NCBI GenBank assembly: GCA_040772485.1
Contig: JAXGYC010000007.1
Span: forward strand, 128,001-192,000
Origin: Sedimentisphaerales bacterium
GTDB taxonomy: Bacteria; Planctomycetota; Phycisphaerae; Sedimentisphaerales; Anaerobacaceae
Reading direction: 5' to 3'
Length of the DNA: 64,000 nucleotides
Shown: positions 47,586 to 55,037 of the stretch, in pieces
How positions within the stretch are numbered: position 1 is the first letter of the stretch
How the letters are laid out: each line of letters opens with the position of its first letter
Made by a program: the position numbers and the translations under genes
Notes under the pieces: generated by a model
The model's input: the letters and a program-made list of their open reading frames with translations, nothing else
The model's database searches: none
What the model was told of the DNA's origin: nothing

Positions 47586-49210
47586 TACTCTTCCCCCCAG
47601 AGTTGCTCGGGACGCAAATATACGCCCATGTTCAATCTGAAGTATCGATCCAGGAAGGTATTGGCACGCGTCCGAGGCGTGTTTTCTACGGACACAACGT
47701 CGCCTGGCTTGACCGCCAGTGCGAGCGATGGGGTCAGCTCCTCCTGGTTGCGAGGATCGACCAGTTGGAAGGTGGCGCTGGCAGTGGTCCCGTCGGCTTT
47801 CAGTCGGTAGAGCGTCACATAACGAGGGTCGGCCACGGTATCCAATCCGCCTGCAAAAGCCAACACCTCGGCCAAATTGAATTGGGCATCGACCGGATAT
47901 GGGAAGTTCCCAGGCGTGCGGACCAGCCCGAGAACGGAAACGTATTGGACCGGGAGCCGTTCCACGGTCACAGAATCCGCTTCGTTCAGGGCGACGTCCA
48001 CGAAAGGAATGTTCAGTCCTTTGACCGGCAGGACGATGGTCCCGCCGGCAGGCTTCGGCGTTGCCGCCACAGCCGGACCGGCGAACGTTCTCCAAGCCGG
48101 TGGGACCTCGTATCCGCCTCCTTCTCCCTTCTCGTGCGAGGGATCGTCCATGGAGACCATGAAGTCACCCCCGTTGGTACGCTGCCAGTCGGAATGCGGC
48201 GCGTGCGTCACCAGATGTGTCGCTGTTTCGCCGGCGCCGACCTCGAGCGTATGCGCCAGTTGCAGGAGCTTCTGATTCAGCAACCCTGCCGGCAATCGCT
48301 CGAACCTCGCTGTGGCCGCCTGCAGAACGGCTTGCTTCTGCGGCCCGTTCCCAATGTCAAGCCATTGGCGAGCCAGTCGTTCTCCGCTCCGTTCGATGAC
48401 GATCCAACCGGTTGTTCGAAGCGGACCTTCCGGCCTGAACCACATCCTGATCGGCGAAGACGAGCCCGGGAACCTGTCGCCCGTCAAGACAGCCTGGTGG
48501 ACGAAAGCATCCGCCCCCGCGCTTTCCTGCCTCCGTTCGACGTCGAAGAGGATCGGGCGATCCGGCGCGGAGGACTTGACGGACTGCTCGAACGAATCGT
48601 GGCTGTGGGCGATACGAATCACCGCCGCTCCCTGCTCCACGATGCCGCCTGCCTCGAGAATCAACGCCGACAAAGACATCTGATCGTGTCGCAGGTTATA
48701 CGGACCCGGCCTCGCGACGCCTCCGAGGATCTGAACACGCTGTGTTTTGTACTCCAGGACTTCCGCATAGACCGACGGCTTGGTCTTGACGAACTGCGGA
48801 TAGTAGACGTCGACCACGGCGGTCTCAACCTCGGCCAGGGATCTTCCGACAACCGAGATCTGGTGCCCCTGCGGCAGCGTAATCAAACCCGCATCACTGA
48901 CCCGGCATCGGCGCGTCACCTCCCCGGGTGCTGCCGTAGCCGCCTGCGACGCATCTGGAAACACGCTCAACGGCATCGTCAACTGGAGAACATCGCCAAT
49001 GGCCACCCGATAGGGGCCGACCGGGATTCTCGCTCGAATGATTCGGTCCATGTCCACCGAAGGCCCCTCGGGACCGGCTGTCTCAAAATCAACCAGTCGT
49101 TCCGCAGAGGGCAAGCGGATACGGTCTCCGCAACCGAGCAGACAATGCGCCAGTCCAACCAAGACGGCCGATTGCGCAATGATTATCGCACGGTTTCTCG
49201 CGCTTCTCAT
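47585..49210 (-). CDS. wza: Wza-like polysaccharide export lipoprotein with SLBB domains
   Basis: Lipobox LLGC, PYRVAIGDVL, VSDAGLITLP, ILGGVARPG, VLGLVRTPG, AFAGG. Confidence 0.85.
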   Translation of the reverse strand: MRSARNRAIIIAQSAVLVGLAHCLLGCGDRIRLPSAERLVDFETAGPEGPSVDMDRIIRARIPVGPYRVAIGDVLQLTMPLSVFPDASQAATAAPGEVTRRCRVSDAGLITLPQGHQISVVGRSLAEVETAVVDVYYPQFVKTKPSVYAEVLEYKTQRVQILGGVARPGPYNLRHDQMSLSALILEAGGIVEQGAAVIRIAHSHDSFEQSVKSSAPDRPILFDVERRQESAGADAFVHQAVLTGDRFPGSSSPIRMWFRPEGPLRTTGWIVIERSGERLARQWLDIGNGPQKQAVLQAATARFERLPAGLLNQKLLQLAHTLEVGAGETATHLVTHAPHSDWQRTNGGDFMVSMDDPSHEKGEGGGYEVPPAWRTFAGPAVAATPKPAGGTIVLPVKGLNIPFVDVALNEADSVTVERLPVQYVSVLGLVRTPGNFPYPVDAQFNLAEVLAFAGGLDTVADPRYVTLYRLKADGTTASATFQLVDPRNQEELTPSLALAVKPGDVVSVENTPRTRANTFLDRYFRLNMGVYLRPEQLWGEE

Positions 49211-49722
49211 TAGACGAACCTCCACTCCTCCTGTACACCTTGGCTGTCCTGGCCCCGGAACCGGACCGCCCACTGACCAGTGGACAGAGTCGAATCCCGA
49301 TGTGCCGCTATACCGAGATGTACATGCACCGATGCCGGATGCGGCGCCTCGGGGAGACAACAACACACCACTAGCACCTTCGCCACGACAGAACGCACGA
49401 ACCAAACTGCCGTAACGAAGACACCTCGGTCATTGCGCCCCCAAGGGACGTTCTCCTGGCCGACTCCAGCAGTACACCACTGCTTTTCGTGTTGACGGTG
49501 CTACAGGCATTAGCACCGCGCGATGCATTCACTCAACGAAGTTCTCTGGCAGCAAAAATCGGTTCTATGGCTACATTTGGCCCCGTCCGAAGGGCAGGCA
49601 TACCCGAACGGCAAGACTGCCCGATGACTTGGGCAGACCCTCCATGCGCTGCCCGCCAGAGGGCATATACCTGTTCCCCCACCGTCTGCGGTGGGACAGG
49701 TCCGTTGAGCAGGTTCGCGACA

Positions 49723-49757
49723 GGGTCTTGAGGCGACCTTCGGGTCGCCTCTGACCC
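49723..49757. terminator. Stable hairpin just downstream of the small secreted-protein gene
   Basis: GAGGCGACC-TTCG-GGTCGCCTC with outer GGGTC/GACCC; no clear U-tract. Confidence 0.5.
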
Positions 49758-49771
49758 CAGTTCACCAACGA

Positions 49772-50041
49772 TCACCAGACCGGCTGAAACGCACTTCGCA
49801 ACGCCGGCCGGAACGGAATCCGGATGGCCTGCCGCGTCAGCTTCAGTTCGGCAGGGACAACCGGATTTCCCGCAGTCAACACGACCGTTTGCAGGGCAAA
49901 CGGGTCAAACAAGGTTGCCTGTTTGCCCGATGATGCATCACCCGCCTTCGGCGCCGCCAGGATTGCCGGCGTCAGAAGACTCGCTACGATGCCGATGAGC
50001 AGCATGAGCAACAATACCTTCCTCTTCTTTTTCTCGGTCAT
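49772..50041 (-). CDS. Small secreted hypothetical protein (89 aa)
   Basis: AGGAGG RBS; basic N-terminus plus hydrophobic signal ending AILA; mature part has FDPF and RIPFRPALRSAF. Confidence 0.7.
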   Translation of the reverse strand: MTEKKKRKVLLLMLLIGIVASLLTPAILAAPKAGDASSGKQATLFDPFALQTVVLTAGNPVVPAELKLTRQAIRIPFRPALRSAFQPVW

Positions 50042-50167
50042 ATATGACCTCCTTTCCTGTATTTATGGAAACCACCAGCATCAATATCCGCGCGCTCTGT
50101 CGTGTTGAAAACCTTCCGGTCACAACAACCGTCGGAAAACCGAACGCCCGGGTAACACCCTTTCCAT

Positions 50168-51223
50168 CTAATACTCCCTGTCAACGTTCGGGTCTGTCCA
50201 CATCGCCAGACAGGCCAAGGCTCGCAGTACACCAGCCGCCTGCGAGTAATACGCTTCACCGCCCAGAGTCAGGTGTTGCCGCACCGTTCCATCAAGACCG
50301 ACAGTCGCAATGAGCGCGTCCTGGACTTGGCGGATCGCCAACGCGACTTCCGGATCGTCGTCCAGGCTGGCGGCAGCCGTCAGTCCCAAGACGCTGGACA
50401 CCAGTTCCTCGGTATATCCCCCAGGCGGCCCACCGAAACCGGCCGTGCCGTGGTCGAACCGCCAGTAGAAGCTGCCGGTGAGTTCTCCGTCCTGTATCAT
50501 GTGGGCCAGCAACAAATCCGGTAGATCACCCAACGTCCTTGCATGCCAATACGAGGTCTCTTCCAGATTTCGATCGAGTGGGCAGTCCCCCAGCGTTCCC
50601 GTGCTGGCCAGCGCCCAGGTAGCCATCCCCAAGGCCATCACCGGGGCCTCCGCGCAATCGTCCTCCACCCTCACCAGGCTGTCGATCAAAACCTGTCGCC
50701 ACAGCTTGCGGTCCTCTGCATCCACGTAGAACGCGGCAACGGTATGGTGGGCCAGATAAAACACGGCTACCGACGGATCGGCCTGTTCGAACTGCGAGAT
50801 GTAGGCCTGTGCACCTCTCAGAGAGACGGTCTCGTAGAAATCCTCCAGCACAAGACGCCACATATCCGACGAGCTATCCTCCGACATCTGGCTCAGGCAC
50901 ATCAGGGCATAGGCCTCATCGCCGTAATAGTTGCCCCCCGCCCGGCGGAGGATGAAGTTGCCTGCGATGACAGCGGCCACTCTGGCGTCTTCGTCCGATG
51001 TCACTGCAAACGCGTCGGCGAGACCCGCGACAACGGTACCGGTATATTCTTCTTCACCGGGCCACGCACCTTCCAGCGGTCCGCTGGCCAACTGCTCGAG
51101 CACGAGGCGACCTGTCACCGCCCTGACGACATCCAGCCTTTCCGCGTCGTCCGCCGCCTGTTGCGGTCGAGCCGACGCAATCGCGAGCATAGAGAACAGC
51201 ATTGTCACAAGTGTTCTTGTCAT
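50168..51223 (-). CDS. Secreted acidic hypothetical protein, probable alpha/alpha toroid (paralog 1)
   Basis: Signal peptide; GDEAYAL, AVFYLAHH, GSFYWRFDH, GYTEE, QHLT. Confidence 0.75.
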   Translation of the reverse strand: MTRTLVTMLFSMLAIASARPQQAADDAERLDVVRAVTGRLVLEQLASGPLEGAWPGEEEYTGTVVAGLADAFAVTSDEDARVAAVIAGNFILRRAGGNYYGDEAYALMCLSQMSEDSSSDMWRLVLEDFYETVSLRGAQAYISQFEQADPSVAVFYLAHHTVAAFYVDAEDRKLWRQVLIDSLVRVEDDCAEAPVMALGMATWALASTGTLGDCPLDRNLEETSYWHARTLGDLPDLLLAHMIQDGELTGSFYWRFDHGTAGFGGPPGGYTEELVSSVLGLTAAASLDDDPEVALAIRQVQDALIATVGLDGTVRQHLTLGGEAYYSQAAGVLRALACLAMWTDPNVDREY

Positions 51224-51325
51224 CTGATCTTCTGTACACACTCCAACAATCCCTGCTTGCCGTCGTCCGGCGTTTGTCGCCGACGGCGACGAACGCACCT
51301 CAAGGCCGCGATCCACAAGGCACGC

Positions 51326-52426
51326 CTATTCCGCTTCCATCACAACATCCGCAGCCACGTCATCCGCAGCATCACGGCCCAAATACTCCTCGATGCTCCA
51401 CAAAACCTGTAACATCTCGCCGGCAAACGTGTTATAGGCATCGCCCTGACGCGTCAGGTGCTGGTAGACGTAGCCGTCCTCGTCGATTCCCTCCAACAAT
51501 GCCGTCTGAGCCGCAATGACCGCCTCGTCAGCCCCGTCGGTCTCCTCGGACGCCACGGCAACCAAACCGAGAGCTCCAAAGACGGTGTCCTCGGTGTACC
51601 CGGCCGTCACGCCGCCGGTCCCACCGTCGGTATGATCGAGACGCCAGTAGAAGCTGCCGGCAAAGGGTTCGCCTTCGGGAACCTGATGGCTGGCCAGCAT
51701 CGCCGGCAGATCTCCAACCGTCAGCCCCTCCCAGCAGGGGTTTGCCGGCAATTCGTAGGAGGTAATGGGACTGTCCGCCGGTGTATCCGTTACCGCCAGC
51801 GCCCATGTCGCGACGCCGACAGCCATGACAGGAAAGCTGGCATTGTCGTCGACTCGGGACAGATGGCTGAGCAACGCCCGACGGTACACCTCCATATCCT
51901 GATCCTGCACGTAATCGGCCCCAACCAGGTGATGCGCAAGATAAAAGACCGCCGTGGAAGGCTCCAAACCATCGAAGGCCCGGAGGTACTCTTCCGTAGA
52001 GCTCTCATTGTGGTGCTTTCGAGGACTCAGATAGAAGTCCACCAGGGCATTTTGCCAGACGTTATGGTTGGGATCATCGGAGATTTCGCTCAACCGAACG
52101 AGCGCATAGGCCTCATCGCCCAACAGATTGCCCTGTGCAACGGCGGTGTCCAGTATCCACACTCCTGCAAGATCGGCGCAAGCCCGGTATGCCGGGTCCT
52201 CAGTCCACTCATAGGCACAGGCCAGCCCGCTCGCGATCGGCCCTAAGAAAGCCCCTTCGAGCGACCACAATCCGCTGTCGGGACCCTCTTTGATCTGACT
52301 CTGATCGAGACGTGTGGCGATAAGACCAACCGCTTCTTCCGGGGTCAGCGCAAATGCCGCACCCGGACCCAACATCACGAGCATCGCGACCACAAAAGAG
52401 CCAACCACCCTTTCGCTGAACAACAT
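51326..52426 (-). CDS. Secreted acidic hypothetical protein, probable alpha/alpha toroid (paralog 2)
   Basis: AAGGAGG RBS; signal ending AFA; GDEAYAL, AVFYLAHH, GSFYWRLDH, GYTED, QHLT. Confidence 0.78.
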   Translation of the reverse strand: MLFSERVVGSFVVAMLVMLGPGAAFALTPEEAVGLIATRLDQSQIKEGPDSGLWSLEGAFLGPIASGLACAYEWTEDPAYRACADLAGVWILDTAVAQGNLLGDEAYALVRLSEISDDPNHNVWQNALVDFYLSPRKHHNESSTEEYLRAFDGLEPSTAVFYLAHHLVGADYVQDQDMEVYRRALLSHLSRVDDNASFPVMAVGVATWALAVTDTPADSPITSYELPANPCWEGLTVGDLPAMLASHQVPEGEPFAGSFYWRLDHTDGGTGGVTAGYTEDTVFGALGLVAVASEETDGADEAVIAAQTALLEGIDEDGYVYQHLTRQGDAYNTFAGEMLQVLWSIEEYLGRDAADDVAADVVMEAE

Positions 52427-52531
52427 CAGATCCTCCTTTCTTGCCCTCCTCACGGAAGGGCTCTCCGAACGGTTTCTCAACGAGATACCATTCGAAGCCC
52501 TCAACTCAAGTCAACGACGGACTGTCTTCCG

Positions 52532-52795
52532 TCAATTCAAAAAGTCCGCAATTTCTATGGCATCTCCCACCATTTCATCACTCCTGGGACAACCAATCAC
52601 CACACCATAGCCCGGAATCCCTTGGCAGGGCGGAGCGAAATCGCCGTAGAGATGGCCTGCTCGTTCTGGCGGGGGGGTGGTCAGGGGAGCAAAAGGGTCA
52701 AGGCCAACGAAGTGGGCATTCAGGAGGATTCGGGGCTCAAGCTGCTCAAGGGCTAAAGGTGTCTCAGGGCGCAAATTCCACGTCGCCCCATCCAT
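52532..52795 (-). pseudogene. Short LEPR-xLL motif ORF (87 aa), probable remnant of a large exported protein
   Basis: LALEQLEPRILLNA near the N-terminus, purine-rich RBS, early stop. Confidence 0.5.
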
Positions 52796-52889
52796 CGCCC
52801 CCTTCAGACCCGATGATACAGTTCCCACTCGTAACCCCTGCCGTAATCGGCTAAGCTTCCGAAAGACCCGCAGACAGCTCAGCATGCTT

Positions 52890-52936
52890 ATCATAGCATG
52901 TACCCGCCACCCGAATCAATACGTATCTATACGTAT
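52890..52936 (-). promoter_or_regulatory. Sigma70-like promoter of block A with upstream direct repeat
   Basis: Minus strand TTGATT(52919-52914)-N18-TATGAT(52895-52890) with TG extension; TACGTAT-cta-TACGTAT at 52920-52936. Confidence 0.55.
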
Positions 52937-52947
52937 TTATCGGACCC

Positions 52948-52971
52948 ATTCTCCCCACGCGTGGGGAGAAT
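52948..52971. repeat. Perfect 24-bp palindrome
   Basis: ATTCTCCCCACGCGTGGGGAGAAT is its own reverse complement. Confidence 0.85.
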
Positions 52972-53736
52972 ACAAAAGGAGCCGGAAACACACATCACAG
53001 CAAGAATGTCGTCTCCCGGTAACTGTCCCACCGATTGTGCGAGTTTATGAAAAGCCCCACCGGTTGTGGTTATCGCGCAATCGGCCTACGAGGCATGGGG
53101 GCGAAAATGGCCAACCACTCTCGATAGGATAGGTACGTCTCCCACAATGTCATCACTCATGGTGACAACAAAGTCATGCACACCACATCCGGAATGTCTC
53201 AACAAGGCAATGCGCAAAGCACCGGCGCACGCACAACGACACGGGGATGATTCGCTCCTGGAAATGTCTGCGAAGAGGCCGCTCGATTCACGGCTTGCAC
53301 GAGTGCGGAAAACCGAACCGCCTTTCGTTGGCCGTTACGCACCCTCTGAACCGCCATGGCCTCCCTTGCCATTCCCACTTGCATTCCTCCGTGACTGGGT
53401 CTCCATCTTCGATCTCAACAGCCTTTTCGATCGGAGGCCCGATGATCGCCGCGGCACACCGACCGTCCTCAGTCGAGTCTTGCGGACGCTCATAATTCCT
53501 GAGGCGATTGGCATCATAGCGTACGCCTGTTCGCTGTCTATTGTGGAAAGTACGTAATTTGCGTTGGTACTTTCGCGGCCCCTGTTGCGCAGAAGTGCCG
53601 CCTGTAGATGCCGAGTCCTGACATCTACTTTCGTGTGATCTCTCCGTTCCGCTGGCAGGACGGCCTCCATCCGATCTGAGAGACAGGCGCACGGGTCTTC
53701 GGTACCCTCTGATGTTGCCCGGATAGGAAAGGGATA

Positions 53737-53787
53737 CAAACAGAAAGGCCTGAGCCGAACCACGGTTGCATGGTCCCGCTCAGACCT
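53737..53787 (-). terminator. Intrinsic terminator after the aldo/keto reductase gene
   Basis: Minus strand AGGTCTGAGCGGGACCATG-CAAC-CGTGGTTCGGCTCAGGCCT (long stem with GU pairs), then TTCTGTTT. Confidence 0.6.
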
Positions 53788-53822
53788 GTGAGGCTGCACG
53801 GAGGTCTCTGTCGCCTGAAGAG

Positions 53823-54881
53823 TTATCCGATTCTTGTCGCGGCAATGGGGTTGTGCGGGCAATCAGGATAGGCGTAACGATCGCTGCGCCGCCCGGCCGC
53901 AACTCGGGATTCCTCGCGAAACAGGGGCTGACAATCCTTCGCGATCCGTCGCAGTTCCAGCATTTCGGCTTCGGCAACGGGGCGAACGGAACGGCCCGCT
54001 TCCACGGCCTTGTCCAGCAGATCGAGCCACGAAGGCGGGATCGCCGCAACGACGCCAGGCAGTGAAAGGGTGAAATGCACCGCCAGGTCCGTCTCCTTCT
54101 GCTCCTCCGTCGTGCGATACCACCATCTCCTCGTTCGCTCGACGCCCTGCGGCCACGATCCTTTGGACAGCGCCTTGATGGCGATGACGGCCGCCCCTTT
54201 TTCGCCGGCCAGCTCGATCACCTGTTTGCCGAAGCCCGAATCGAAGTAGTCCACGAAGCTCAGAGGAAACATCACCGAGTCGAATGCGAAGCCGTTCAAA
54301 GCCGCCACGGCGCCGGCTGTCGTGTGAGCCGAGAAGCCGAAGTGGCGAATCTTGCCTTCTTCTTTGGCCTTGAGGAACGTTTCGAGGGCTCCGTTCGGCC
54401 CCAGGGCCTGCTTGACCTCGTCTTCCGTGAAGATGGCGTGCATCTGGTACAGGTCGAAGTGGTCCGTCTTGAGCCTCTTGAGCGAGCGTTCCAGTTCCAG
54501 GCGTGCGCCGTCTTTGTCCCGCATCTTGGTCTTGCAGGCCAGGAAGATGCGGCTGCGATCGATGCCCTGCAAGCCGATCCCCATCTTGATCTCGGCGTCG
54601 CCGTCTTTTCCATAGGCCGGAGCGACGTCGAAGTAGTTCACGCCCTGATCGAAGGCCTTGTGCAATCCGGCTGTGCCCTGGGCCTGATCGTAGTTGGCCA
54701 GGGCCAGGCCGGGGAATCCCACCACCGAAACCCTTGCGCCCGTTCTGCCCAGCACCCTTCGAGGCACGCCGAGAGAATCCTGTGCCAGGTCGGCTCCCCG
54801 AGCCTGCGAAAGCGGGCCGCCGCCCAATGCGTAGCTGCCGGCGACGGTCCCGACGGCCTTGAGAAATGTGCGTCTTTCCAT
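53823..54881 (-). CDS. Tat-exported aldo/keto reductase
   Basis: MERRTFLK twin-arginine signal; RVLGRTG, YFDVAPAYG, SLKRLKTDHFDLYQMH, GFSAH. Confidence 0.9.
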   Translation of the reverse strand: MERRTFLKAVGTVAGSYALGGGPLSQARGADLAQDSLGVPRRVLGRTGARVSVVGFPGLALANYDQAQGTAGLHKAFDQGVNYFDVAPAYGKDGDAEIKMGIGLQGIDRSRIFLACKTKMRDKDGARLELERSLKRLKTDHFDLYQMHAIFTEDEVKQALGPNGALETFLKAKEEGKIRHFGFSAHTTAGAVAALNGFAFDSVMFPLSFVDYFDSGFGKQVIELAGEKGAAVIAIKALSKGSWPQGVERTRRWWYRTTEEQKETDLAVHFTLSLPGVVAAIPPSWLDLLDKAVEAGRSVRPVAEAEMLELRRIAKDCQPLFREESRVAAGRRSDRYAYPDCPHNPIAATRIG

Positions 54882-55037
54882 GGTGTATCCCCCTTGTCAG
54901 AGTCGATCCGGATTTGCGGCACGCGATCACATCGACATCGCTGGGGAGCCTTCGTCAGAAGCCCCGGCCATGACGCGGACGATTCTACCATGAACGCGGC
55001 AGTTCAACAATGCAGGAGTTCATAGGACAGGAATGGC

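Noticed and set aside
52940..53100. Possible CRISPR array
   Set aside because: Only one repeat-like palindrome, no spaced copies and no cas genes
53000..53820. Short ORFs on both strands upstream of block A
   Set aside because: Overlapping, motif-free and without clear RBS; treated as intergenic
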